Positions 50,459-59,655 of a stretch of 64,000 nt of DNA are shown one piece after another. This DNA comes from Burkholderiaceae bacterium (GTDB lineage: Bacteria; Pseudomonadota; Gammaproteobacteria; Burkholderiales; Burkholderiaceae_C), in assembly GCA_913776825.1 (NCBI GenBank), contig CAJYPV010000009.1, positions 5,357-69,356 on the forward strand, in the 5' to 3' direction. The translations under genes and the position numbers were made by a program. Each line of letters begins with the position of its first letter. Positions within the stretch are counted from its first letter, which is position 1. The notes beneath the pieces were generated by a model. It searched no databases. It saw only the letters and a list, made by a program, of their open reading frames with translations, and was not told the DNA's origin.

Positions 50459-50941
50459 ATGAAGCTTCGTTCCCTTGCCCTGCCCGCTGTGCTGCTGTCC
50501 GTCGCCGGATGGGCGCAGGCGCAGGTCACCGTCACCGCACCCTGGGTGCGCGCCACCGTCGCTCAGCAAAAGGCCACGGGCGCCTTCATGCAGCTGCAAT
50601 CGCCCAAGGCGGTGAAGCTGGTGTCGGTGAGCTCGCCGGCCGCGGACATCGCGGAAGTCCATGAAATGGCCATGGATGGCCAGGTGATGCGGATGCGCCC
50701 CGTGACCGCGCTGGACCTGCCCGCCGGCCAGCCGGTGGAGCTCAAGCCCGGCAGCTTTCATGTGATGCTGATGAACCTGAAGGCGCCGATCAAGGAAGGC
50801 GATCAGGTGCCGCTGACGCTGGTGTTCGAGTCCGCCGACAAGCAACGGGAAACCGTGCAGGTGAACGCCGCCGCCAAGGCGCTGAACACCGCCGCCCAGC
50901 CGGCCAAGGACGCCCATCAGGGCCACGACCACAAGCATTGA
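50459..50941 (+). CDS. Periplasmic copper chaperone PCu(A)C (DUF461)
   Basis: Start MKLRSLALPAVLL, with a signal peptide. Has the H(M)x10Mx21HxM-type region EVHEMAMDGQVMRMR...GSFHVMLM and a His-rich tail, HQGHDHKH. Confidence 0.85.
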   Translation: MKLRSLALPAVLLSVAGWAQAQVTVTAPWVRATVAQQKATGAFMQLQSPKAVKLVSVSSPAADIAEVHEMAMDGQVMRMRPVTALDLPAGQPVELKPGSFHVMLMNLKAPIKEGDQVPLTLVFESADKQRETVQVNAAAKALNTAAQPAKDAHQGHDHKH

Positions 50942-51010
50942 TCCCGACGGGCGCGGGTGGCTCGGCGCCCAGCCGCCGCCCACCCTCGCGCTCGACGGTC
51001 CGCAGCGGTG

Positions 51011-51967
51011 TCAGCCGCGACGCCGCACCGGCGCCAGCCGCTGCGCGAGGTGGTCCACCAGCGCCTTCACCCGCTGCGGCAGAAAGCGGTGGCTGGGCAT
51101 CAGCGCATGCAGCGGCATCGGCTTGCCGACCCAATCCGGCAGCACATTGACCAGCGCGCCGCTGGTCAGGCTGTCGCGCACATCCAGTTCGCTCTTGTAG
51201 GTCAGGCCCCGACCTTCCAGCGCCCATTGATGGGCGATGCCGCCGTCGTCCGCGCTGCGGCGACCGTTGACCGCCATCTCCACCGGCGCGGCCTGCAGGG
51301 CGTCCGAGCGCCAGAAGCGCCATTCCCGCTCCAGTCGGTCACCGATCTTGAAGCGGATGCACTCGTGGTGAATCAGTTCTTCGGGATGAGCGGGACGGCC
51401 GTGCCGTTTCAGATAGTCCGGCGATCCCACCAGCAGCCGGCGGCCGTCGTAAAGGCGTCGCGCGACCAGCCTTGAATCGGCCAGCTCGCCATAGCGCAGC
51501 GCCAGGTCGACGTCATCGCGCACCACGTCCTGCAGCAGATCGCCGACATTCAGGTGCAGCTCCACGCCGGGATGGCGGTCGAGAAATTCATCCAGCAGCG
51601 GCAACACGACCCGACGCGTCAGATCGCTGGAGGCGCTGATCCGGATGCGCCCACGCAGCGCCGCGCCCGCCCGCGACTTGCCCGGCCCATCGGCGCCATC
51701 CAGGCCATCGCTGACCAGCGCGACACCTTCCTCCAGCAGCTCCAGCGCCCGCTGCGCATAGTCGCGCAGCCGCTCGCCCGCTGCGGTCAGGCGCAGGGCG
51801 CGGGTGCTGCGCTCGACCAGCCGCACCCCGAGCCGCGCTTCCAGCTTCTTGAGCATGGCGCTGGCCGCGGCGGGCGTGATGCCCATGACCTTGGACGCCG
51901 CCGTCAGGCTGCCGCCTCGGGCGCATTCGACCAGCAGCCGCAGCTCCGATGTATTTTCAATGTTCAT
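51011..51967 (-). CDS. LysR-family transcriptional regulator
   Basis: Start MNIENTSELRLLVECARGGSLTAASKVMGITPAAASAMLKKLE (ATG 51967). Divergent from the oxidoreductase gene. Confidence 0.9.
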   Translation of the reverse strand: MNIENTSELRLLVECARGGSLTAASKVMGITPAAASAMLKKLEARLGVRLVERSTRALRLTAAGERLRDYAQRALELLEEGVALVSDGLDGADGPGKSRAGAALRGRIRISASSDLTRRVVLPLLDEFLDRHPGVELHLNVGDLLQDVVRDDVDLALRYGELADSRLVARRLYDGRRLLVGSPDYLKRHGRPAHPEELIHHECIRFKIGDRLEREWRFWRSDALQAAPVEMAVNGRRSADDGGIAHQWALEGRGLTYKSELDVRDSLTSGALVNVLPDWVGKPMPLHALMPSHRFLPQRVKALVDHLAQRLAPVRRRG

Positions 51968-52154
51968 TTGAAACTCAAAGCCCCGCATTCGACTTCCTTG
52001 ATTCTGCCGAAGGGGGCAACATCCTGCCCATCTTCGGTTCATGCCGGTCCGCACGAGCGACGTCTTCGCGCTCTCGACCGCCCGCACCGGCGACCGTCCC
52101 ACAGTACTCAAGTCCGCTCTTCCACTTCCCTGCTTCCCTTCAGGAGTTCACACC

Positions 52155-53195
52155 ATGACCATGAAAGCCGTCGGCTACTTCAAGCCCCTCGCCATCACCG
52201 AGAACGAATCGCTGATCGATCTGCAACTGCCGCTGCCGGTGGCGAGCGCGCAGGACCTGCTGGTGGAGGTCAGCGCCATCGCCGTGAACCCGGTCGACAC
52301 CAAGGTGCGCCGCGGCCGCGCCAGCGCCGACGGCAAGACGCCGGTGATCCTCGGCTGGGATGCCGTCGGCGTGGTGCGGGCGATCGGCCCGCAGGTGCGC
52401 GGCTTCGCGGTCGGCGACCGCGTCTGGTATGCGGGCGACATCACGCGTCCGGGCAGCAATGCGCAGTTCCAGTGCGTCGACCATCGCATCGTGTCCAAGG
52501 CACCGACGTCGCTGAGCGATGCCGAAGCCGCCGCGCTGCCGCTGACCGCCATCACCGCCTGGGAAATGCTGTTCGACCGTCTGGAAGTGCAGCACCACAC
52601 CGATCGCCCGGTCAGTTTGCTGGTGACCGGCGCGGCGGGTGGCGTGGGATCGATCCTGCTGCAACTGGCGCGCCGCGCCGCGCACCTGACCGTGATCGGC
52701 ACCAGCTCCGATCCGGACGGTGAAGGCGGCCAATACCTGCGCCAACTCGGCGCGCATCATGTGATCAACCACCGTGAGCCGATTGCGCCGCAGATCGCCA
52801 AGCTGCAAGCGGCCGGCGCGCCGCCGCTGCGCTATGTGACCAGCCTGACCCACACGCCGGAGCACATCGCCGGCATCATCGAGGCGATGGAGCCGCAAGG
52901 CCGGCTGGCGCTGATCGACGACTTCGGCCCGTCGGATGTCAACGTGATGGCGCTCAAGAGCAAGTCGCTCTCGCTGCACTGGGAGCTGATGTTCACCCGC
53001 AGCATGCATGCCACCCACGACATCGCGGCCCAAGGCCGCTTGCTGGCGGAAGTCGCCGCGCTGGTGGATGCCGGCCAGATCCGCACCACCCTGGCGGAGG
53101 TGGTCGGCCCGATCAACGCGGCCAACCTGAAGCGCGCCCATGCGCAGCAGGAAAGCCACCGCCAGCGCGGCAAGCTGGTGCTGCAAGGCTTCTAA
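52155..53195 (+). CDS. Zinc-binding alcohol dehydrogenase / quinone oxidoreductase family protein
   Basis: Start MTMKAVGYFKP, with CAGGAG upstream. It has an MDR fold and the nucleotide loop LLVTGAAGGVGS. Confidence 0.88.
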   Translation: MTMKAVGYFKPLAITENESLIDLQLPLPVASAQDLLVEVSAIAVNPVDTKVRRGRASADGKTPVILGWDAVGVVRAIGPQVRGFAVGDRVWYAGDITRPGSNAQFQCVDHRIVSKAPTSLSDAEAAALPLTAITAWEMLFDRLEVQHHTDRPVSLLVTGAAGGVGSILLQLARRAAHLTVIGTSSDPDGEGGQYLRQLGAHHVINHREPIAPQIAKLQAAGAPPLRYVTSLTHTPEHIAGIIEAMEPQGRLALIDDFGPSDVNVMALKSKSLSLHWELMFTRSMHATHDIAAQGRLLAEVAALVDAGQIRTTLAEVVGPINAANLKRAHAQQESHRQRGKLVLQGF

Positions 53196-53290
53196 GCCCT
53201 GTCCCCGCGCGGGAAACCGAACGGCCGGGCGCTTCGCGCGGTCGTCGTCCCTACGAGCCGGTCCCGCCGGTGCTCCGGTGTCTCTCTCTC

Positions 53291-53325
53291 ATCGCCCCGT
53301 GTCGCCTCGCGTCACGGGGCGATTT
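53291..53325 (+). terminator. Candidate terminator after the oxidoreductase gene
   Basis: ATCGCCCCGTG-(11 nt)-CACGGGGCGAT followed by TT. The U-tract is short. Confidence 0.4.
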
Positions 53326-53560
53326 GCATGAGGTGCCCCCAGCGGCGAAGTCACGGATGAAGCGGCGCTGACTCGCCGCTGGCCGCCTCGCCCGTATCCG
53401 GGCTGACCCGCATGGGCTGTGGCGCGATTGCGGCAAAACGCACGTCGGCGCTCCGGACCATCCCTGATTTTCGGGAAAACCTGAGTTCGCCCATGACGAA
53501 ACGCAGGCGATACCCCGTCCCTCGCCACAACAACGTCACAACAGCGACGAGGGAATTCGG

Positions 53561-54700
53561 ATGAACGCCAGACACCTTGACCCATTGCCCGACGCGGCGC
53601 GCCCGTCGTCGCCCGACCGCACCGAACTCGCCCTCCGTCCGGGCAACGGCCCGCGCACCCACGCCGCCGCCCCCACGGCCACGCGACGCCATGCGGCCTG
53701 CGCGGGCCGGCTGATGCAGCGTCTGGTATCGAGCCTGGCCGTCGGCCTGCTCAGTCTGATCGGCGCGATGGGGCTGGCGACGCCGGCTCGCGCCGCGACC
53801 ATCGGCGTGATCCTGCCCGCGAGCTGGCCCAGCGCTCAACAGGCGGAAGAACTGAAGCAAGGCATGACGCTCGCGCTCAAGACCTGGCCCGGCGACGCCC
53901 AGCCGACGCTGCTGATCAAGGACAGCGGCTGCGATGCCCGCAAGGCGCAGGCGGCGGTGCAGGAACTGATCCAGGCCAAGGTGGATGTGGTGCTCGGCAA
54001 CTGGTGCGAAATCGGCGGCGGCGCCGATCAGCTGCGCAGCGCGGGCATCCCGTTGGTCTCCAGCAATGCAGAACGCCTGAAAGATCAGGATCTGCAACTG
54101 CAGCTGGGCCGCATCGAGCTGTATGCGGCCGAGCGCATCGCCACCGACCTGCGCCGCGAAACCGGCTTGCGCATCAGCGCCCGCACCTCTTGCTGGCTGG
54201 ACTTCCAGGCCGCGCTCAGTGACCGGGTGGATGCGGTGCTCTGCCCGGTGCTGGCGGTCGACAAGAGCCGCTGGGATCAGGTGGCCAACACCTATGGCGC
54301 CGCGTTCCGCAAGCCCTTCACCGCGTCGGCCGCGCGCGGTTATGCGGCGATGGAGGTGGCGCTCAACTACCTGCGACGCGCCAAGGGCAACAAGCCCGCC
54401 GCCGCGATCAAGGATCTGCAGGCGATGACGACGTTGTTGGGCCCGCTGCCCGCCGTCGATGCGCCCGCGCCGTCGACCGCCTTGCAACTGGTGTTCGCGC
54501 CGCATCTGCCCAAGCTCAATGCTCAGCAAGCGCAGAAGGTCGCCCAGCTGGTGAAGACCAAAGGATGCGGATGCCCCGGTGGCACGCTGCAGAACGGCTG
54601 TCCGAAGGAAGCCGGCCCGTGGGGCACGCTGCCGTTCGTGGTGCGCGGCGGCGGCACGCCGGCGGCCTGCTCGGCGCCGATCAACGTGCTGGAACTCTGA
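53561..54700 (+). CDS. Divergent periplasmic-binding-protein-like protein (type 1 PBP fold?) with Cys-rich C-terminal tail
   Basis: GAGGGA lies 6 nt upstream of ATG 53561, and GC3 is high from there. A signal-peptide-like segment starts only at M52 (MQRLVSSLAVGLLSLIGAMGLATPARA, ATG 53714), which is the alternative start. Confidence 0.55.
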   Translation: MNARHLDPLPDAARPSSPDRTELALRPGNGPRTHAAAPTATRRHAACAGRLMQRLVSSLAVGLLSLIGAMGLATPARAATIGVILPASWPSAQQAEELKQGMTLALKTWPGDAQPTLLIKDSGCDARKAQAAVQELIQAKVDVVLGNWCEIGGGADQLRSAGIPLVSSNAERLKDQDLQLQLGRIELYAAERIATDLRRETGLRISARTSCWLDFQAALSDRVDAVLCPVLAVDKSRWDQVANTYGAAFRKPFTASAARGYAAMEVALNYLRRAKGNKPAAAIKDLQAMTTLLGPLPAVDAPAPSTALQLVFAPHLPKLNAQQAQKVAQLVKTKGCGCPGGTLQNGCPKEAGPWGTLPFVVRGGGTPAACSAPINVLEL

Positions 54701-54796
54701 GGGCGAGCGCCGGCGCTGCGGCCTCCGTCACGCGGGGCGTCGACGCGCGCCGATGCGCCACCGGGCGTCGCGCACCCGGCCTGGCGCGCCTCTCGC

Positions 54797-55861
54797 TCAG
54801 AGGTAGAAGAGATAGATGAAAAAGATGACGATGAGCACGATCACCAAGACCTGACCCCAGGACAGGTGATCGCGATCCCTGTCGTAGGGATCGTCGCCGT
54901 CGAAGCCGTCGCCCAGCACCCGCAGCAGCGCCCAGCCGAGCTTCTCTCCGCGTTCCTCCTCGTCGGTGGTCGACGAGGACGTCTGATGCGAGCGCGACCC
55001 CACCGGATCGGCGACGCCCTTGGGCGCCGGCGCGCGGTAGGACGCCTTGCGCTCGGCGCGGGAACGCTCGCGCAGCGCGCGGTCGTCGTGCCACTCGCGC
55101 TCCAGCGCATCGAGCATCGGCACCAGATCGATCAGCGAGGGCACGACCACCGCATGGTCGCAACGCCCGCAACGGGTTTCGCGGACCGGATCCATCGGCG
55201 CACCGCAGCCTCGGCAGGCCCAGGCCAGCGGGCGGCCGTCCGAGGGCGAGAGCAAGGGCTCATCGCGCTGCCGGACCCGCAAGGCATGGTGCAGACGCGG
55301 CAGATCCACCATCACCAACGGCGCGGTGCAATAGCTGCAGGCGTCGCCCTGGCCATCGCTCGGCGCGCCGCAGCTCAGGCACAGCAGTTGACGGCGCTCT
55401 TGCTGCAGGGCGCTGCGCTCGGGCGGCAGCAGCGGTCGCACCAGGCCGCGTTCGGCGAGCATGCCGGCCTGCCGATGCAGATGGCCGCAGCAGCTCGGGC
55501 ATTCCAGGGTCGGGAATCGACCGAAACGCGTCCGGTTGTGGACCGCCTTCAGCGGCACCCGGCACAGCGGGCAGGAGAGCCGCGCCGCGTGGCCGTCGGG
55601 ATGCGCCGACGGCAGGCCCATCTGCAGCTCCCGCAGCAGTTGCACCCAGCCGAGTCCGGAAAGATGGACCGATTCCATCGCGTCGAACCACACCAGGCCG
55701 CAGGGGCGGCAGTGGTCCAGATCGACCTGCGCGCCCTGATGGCCAGGCGCCCGCAGGTGATGCATCGGCGCCGCGCACTGGGGGCAGTTGATGCTGGTGC
55801 CGACACGCGGGGCCGCGTGCGTGGGACGGTCGTGGACAGGGGTGGGAGTGAGTGTGCTCAT
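54797..55861 (-). CDS. Hypothetical multi-zinc-ribbon protein with C-terminal TM anchor
   Basis: Start MSTLTPTPVHD (ATG 55861). Four CxxC...CxxC units are present; the first (CPQC...CRPCGLVWFD) resembles the zf-TFIIB-type ribbon. Has an acidic linker and terminal WGQVLVIVLIVIFFIYLFYL. Confidence 0.65.
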   Translation of the reverse strand: MSTLTPTPVHDRPTHAAPRVGTSINCPQCAAPMHHLRAPGHQGAQVDLDHCRPCGLVWFDAMESVHLSGLGWVQLLRELQMGLPSAHPDGHAARLSCPLCRVPLKAVHNRTRFGRFPTLECPSCCGHLHRQAGMLAERGLVRPLLPPERSALQQERRQLLCLSCGAPSDGQGDACSYCTAPLVMVDLPRLHHALRVRQRDEPLLSPSDGRPLAWACRGCGAPMDPVRETRCGRCDHAVVVPSLIDLVPMLDALEREWHDDRALRERSRAERKASYRAPAPKGVADPVGSRSHQTSSSTTDEEERGEKLGWALLRVLGDGFDGDDPYDRDRDHLSWGQVLVIVLIVIFFIYLFYL

Positions 55862-56148
55862 GAACCTTGATTCAGCCGAAACTCGGCACGGCTGGATTCT
55901 GGGGGCGACGGGCGTGATTCCTGCCAACTCCCCCAAAGGAAGGTGGGACGTCTCGCACGGATGGACCGGTGGCGCAAAGAACGGGCGGCCAGCGGACGAT
56001 TCGTGCGGTGGCAATTCCTGCCGAGCCGGACAGCGTCACCCGGCGGCACGGATAGAGCCGCGGGCCTAGGAAACCTGCGCGCTGTGCGGGACAGGCCACC
56101 TATAGTTCGAACTCCATCAGCGCCCAGCGCACCGCACGAGGAACGTCC

Positions 56149-57018
56149 ATGGTCAAGAAGGTTCAGAAAACGGCCGAGTTCGAACAGGCCGCCAAGACCG
56201 ACCCCACCAGCCCGGCCGCCGGTGCCGGGCCCGCCAGCCTGCTGGACGGACAGTTCGCGCAACTGGTGAAGGAATCGGCCCAGCAGATCTGGTCCGCCGG
56301 CCTGGCCGCCTTCGCCAAGGCGCAGGGCAACGGCGGCAAGGTGTTCGATCACCTCGCGGCGGAAGGCGCGAAGCTGCAGAAGTCGTCTCAGCAGGCGCAA
56401 GCCAGCGCGGAGGAACGACTGGGCGCCGTCGCCAGCCGCATGACCGACATGGCCGGCCAGGTCGGCACCCGCGCCGGTCAGCATTGGGACAAGCTGGAAT
56501 CGATCTTCGAAGACCGCGTCGCCCGCGCACTGCATCGGCTGGGTGTGCCGAGCGCGCAAGACCTGGCCACGCTGTCCGCGCGTCTGGATGCGCTGACCGC
56601 CGCGCTGGGACCTTCCGCTGACGAGGCCGCGTCCGCCGCTTCGACGGTGCGGACGAAGGCAGCGAAATCCGCGAAGTCCGCCAACACGGTCAAGACGACG
56701 ACATCGGTGAAGCAGGCGAAGCCAGCGAAGTCGGCCGAACCCGCCAAGCCAGCCAAACCCGCCAAATCTGCCAAACCCGCCAAGTCGACGGAAGCCGCTG
56801 CAGGGGGCGGAGCGAAGTCCAAGGCCAAGGCCAAGTCGACATCCCAAACCGAGACCGCTGCGCCGGTTCCAGGCAAGGACAAGGCGACCGCCAAGTCGCC
56901 CCGGTCGCCCAAGTCGCCCCAGTCATCGACGTCCTCCGCCGCCCGCGCACCCGTTCGGTCGGCGACGAAGAAGACCGCTGCCGCACCCAAGTCCCGGACC
57001 CGCGCCAGCGCCAGCTGA
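56149..57018 (+). CDS. Phasin / PHA-granule-associated protein with Lys-Ala-Pro-rich tail
   Basis: The N-terminal phasin-like domain (QIWSAGLAAFAKAQGNGGKVFDHLAAEGAKLQ...WDKLESIFEDRVARALHRLGVPSAQDL) is followed by AKPAKSAEPAKPAKPAKSAKPAKS repeats. Confidence 0.8.
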   Translation: MVKKVQKTAEFEQAAKTDPTSPAAGAGPASLLDGQFAQLVKESAQQIWSAGLAAFAKAQGNGGKVFDHLAAEGAKLQKSSQQAQASAEERLGAVASRMTDMAGQVGTRAGQHWDKLESIFEDRVARALHRLGVPSAQDLATLSARLDALTAALGPSADEAASAASTVRTKAAKSAKSANTVKTTTSVKQAKPAKSAEPAKPAKPAKSAKPAKSTEAAAGGGAKSKAKAKSTSQTETAAPVPGKDKATAKSPRSPKSPQSSTSSAARAPVRSATKKTAAAPKSRTRASAS

Positions 57019-57041
57019 GACGGCGCCCACCGCCGACACCA

Positions 57042-57064
57042 AGCCCCGCCAGCGGGGCTTTTTC
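57042..57064 (+). terminator. Intrinsic terminator of the phasin gene
   Basis: AGCCCCGC-CA-GCGGGGCT followed by TTTTT. Confidence 0.7.
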
Positions 57065-57340
57065 ATGTCCGGACGTGATGAGGCGATGGGCCGCGCCGGC
57101 GGCGAACGCTCCGCCGTTCTCGGGTTCTTTTCGGGCGCTCAACGCCCAATCGAGAGGCGATGCGTCGCAGTGCGCACGCACTGTTTCCGACACCGTGGAC
57201 TGCGTCACGAAACATCTTGTCACCCCCACCGGGCACGGGGATGGCGGGGCCATGCCGAGCCTGAACAATCCGACGCCTGCGCAGATGTCTCTGCGCGCCC
57301 CTGTTCGTCGAAGCCTGGGCTTCGCGCTAATTCTTTCGAT

Positions 57341-57952
57341 ATGAACCGCCTGATTGCTTCCGCCCTGCTCGCCGCACCTCTGTTCGCCATGGCCGCGACT
57401 GGCGACAACCTGCTGACCAACGGCAGCTTCGAATCCAATGCGCTGCGCAGCGGCACCTGGACCACGCTCAGCCGCCTGGACGGCTGGACCGTCGGCCGCC
57501 ACGGCGTGGAAGTGCGCAACAACGTCTCCGGCAGCGCCATGGACGGCCGCAACTTCATCGAGCTGGACACCACCGGCAACAGCAGCATCAGCCAGAGCTT
57601 CGCGACGCTGGCCGGCGCGACCTACGAGCTGAGCTTCTTCTTCGCCAACCGCGCTGACCAGCGCGGTGCCGCCAGCAACGGCCTGGGCTGGTCGGTGGGC
57701 AGCCTGACCGGTGAGGTCGGCCGCAACACCAGCACCCAGTGGGCCAACTACACGACCCAATTCATCGGCACCGGCAAGCCGATGACGGTGAGCTTCGCGG
57801 CGCTGGGTCGCAGCGACTCTTACGGCACCTCGCTGGACGGCGTCAGCGTGCGCATGCTGTCGGCCGTGCCGGAGCCGCAAAGCCTGGCCCTGATGCTGGC
57901 CGGCCTGGCCGCCGTCGGCGTGATGGCTCGTCGCCGTCGTCGCCAGGACTGA
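57341..57952 (+). CDS. PEP-CTERM sorting-domain secreted protein
   Basis: Start MNRLIASALLAAPLFAMA (signal peptide). The C-terminus, VPEPQSLALMLAGLAAVGVMARRRRRQD, is a canonical PEP-CTERM anchor. Confidence 0.82.
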   Translation: MNRLIASALLAAPLFAMAATGDNLLTNGSFESNALRSGTWTTLSRLDGWTVGRHGVEVRNNVSGSAMDGRNFIELDTTGNSSISQSFATLAGATYELSFFFANRADQRGAASNGLGWSVGSLTGEVGRNTSTQWANYTTQFIGTGKPMTVSFAALGRSDSYGTSLDGVSVRMLSAVPEPQSLALMLAGLAAVGVMARRRRRQD

Positions 57953-58004
57953 TCGGCGCGTCGTCGTCCGCACCAGCGCCCGCACACCGCGGGAGCAGCA
58001 CACC

Positions 58005-58046
58005 AAACAAAACGCCCCGCGGCTCATCACCGCGGGGCGTTTTTTC
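58005..58046. terminator. Bidirectional intrinsic terminator
   Basis: An A-run, then ACGCCCCGCG-(9 nt)-CGCGGGGCGT, then TTTTTT. It lies between the convergent PEP-CTERM (+) and tctA (-) genes. Confidence 0.7.
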
Positions 58047-58136
58047 TGAGGCGCTGGTCGGGCTGGGCCGCCCGATCGGATCGGGCAGCAGCCGGCGCGG
58101 CGCCGGATCAGGTCGGGCCGACATCGGCCCGGGCGA

Positions 58137-59642
58137 TCAGTCTTCCTGGAAGGCTTCTTCGCGCTTGTTCTTGATCGACGGCAGCATCACCACCACCACC
58201 ATCAGCGCGGCGGCGATCAGCAGGCCTGCCGACAGCGGACGGGTCATGAAGGTGCCCCAGTCACCGCGCGACAGCAGCAGCGCGCGACGCAGGTTCTCTT
58301 CCATCATCGGGCCGAGGATGAAGCCCAGCAGCAGCGGCGCCGGTTCGCAGCTCAGCTTGTAGAACACATAACCGACCACCGCGAACGCCGCCGTCATGTA
58401 GACGTCGAAGTTGTTGTTGTTCAGCGTGTAGGTGCCGATGCAGCAGAACACCGCGATCGCGGGGAACAGGAAGCGGTAGGGCACGGTCAACAGCTTGATC
58501 CAGATGCCGATCAGCGGCAGGTTCAGGATCACCAGCATCAGGTTGCCGATCCACATTGAGGCGATCAGGCCCCAGAACAGCTCGGGGTTGCTGGCCATCA
58601 CCTGCGGGCCGGGCTGGATGCCCTTGATGGTCATCGCACCCACCATCAGCGCCATCACCGCGTTGGGCGGAATGCCCAGCGTCAGCATCGGGATGAAGGA
58701 GGTCTGCGCACCGGCGTTGTTGGCCGATTCCGGACCGGCCACGCCCTGGATGGCGCCCTTGCCGAACTTGCTCGGATCCTTGGCGACCTTCTTTTCCAGC
58801 GTGTAGGCCGCGAAGGAGGCCAGCAGCGCACCGCCGCCCGGCAGCACGCCCAGCAGCGAGCCCAGCGCCGTGCCGCGCACCACCGCCGGCCAGGCTTCCT
58901 GGAAGTCCTGCTTGGTCGGCCACAGCCCCTTTACGCTCTTGGTGAAGACCTCGCGCTGCTCGGCCGGCTGGCCCAGGTTCGCGATGATTTCACCGAAGCC
59001 GAAGATGCCCATCGCGATCACGACGAAGTTGATGCCGTCGGTCAGCTCGGGAATGTCGAAGGAGAAGCGCGGCGTGCCGGAGATCACATCGGTGTTGATC
59101 TGACCCAGCAGCAGGCCCAGCACGATCATCGAGATTGCCTTGAGCAGCGAGCCCGACGCCAGCACCACCGCACCGATCAGGCCCAGCACCATCAGCGAGA
59201 AATACTCGGCCGGGCCGAACTTGAAGGCCAGCTCGGTCAGCGGCGGCGCGAAGGCGGCGATGATGATCGTGCCCACGCAGCCGGCGAAGAACGAACCCAG
59301 GCCGGCCGCAGCCAGCGCCGGACCCGCCCGACCCTGGCGCGCCATCTGGTAGCCGTCGATGGCGGTGACCACCGACGACGATTCGCCGGGCACGTTGATC
59401 AGGATGGCGGTGGTCGAACCGCCGTACTGGGCGCCGTAGTAGATGCCGGCCAGCATGATCAGCGCGGGCGTGGCGTCCAGCGCATAGATCGAGGGCAGCA
59501 GCATCGCGATGGTCGCGACCGGGCCGAGGCCCGGCAGCACGCCGATCAGCGTGCCCAGCACCGCGCCGCCGAAGGCGTAAAGCAGGTTCTGCAGCGTTGC
59601 CGCCGTCTGGAACCCGAGCATGAGGTTGTTCAGCAGATCCAT
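58137..59642 (-). CDS. tctA: Tripartite tricarboxylate transporter large permease TctA
   Basis: 501 aa and polytopic; reads MDLLNNLMLGFQTAATLQNLLYAFGGAVLGTLIGVLPGLGP. Confidence 0.93.
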   Translation of the reverse strand: MDLLNNLMLGFQTAATLQNLLYAFGGAVLGTLIGVLPGLGPVATIAMLLPSIYALDATPALIMLAGIYYGAQYGGSTTAILINVPGESSSVVTAIDGYQMARQGRAGPALAAAGLGSFFAGCVGTIIIAAFAPPLTELAFKFGPAEYFSLMVLGLIGAVVLASGSLLKAISMIVLGLLLGQINTDVISGTPRFSFDIPELTDGINFVVIAMGIFGFGEIIANLGQPAEQREVFTKSVKGLWPTKQDFQEAWPAVVRGTALGSLLGVLPGGGALLASFAAYTLEKKVAKDPSKFGKGAIQGVAGPESANNAGAQTSFIPMLTLGIPPNAVMALMVGAMTIKGIQPGPQVMASNPELFWGLIASMWIGNLMLVILNLPLIGIWIKLLTVPYRFLFPAIAVFCCIGTYTLNNNNFDVYMTAAFAVVGYVFYKLSCEPAPLLLGFILGPMMEENLRRALLLSRGDWGTFMTRPLSAGLLIAAALMVVVVMLPSIKNKREEAFQED

Positions 59643-59655
59643 GTGGCTTGTCTCC

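Noticed and set aside
53351-54529. 392-aa minus-strand ORF opposite the PBP-like gene
   Set aside because: It has Arg/Gly/Gln-rich shadow composition. The plus strand has an SD, a signal-peptide-like segment and a PBP-like pattern.
55858-56847. 329-aa minus-strand ORF opposite the phasin gene
   Set aside because: It is a Gly/Arg/Leu-rich shadow of the Lys/Ala/Pro repeat gene. The phasin frame has an SD and a terminator.
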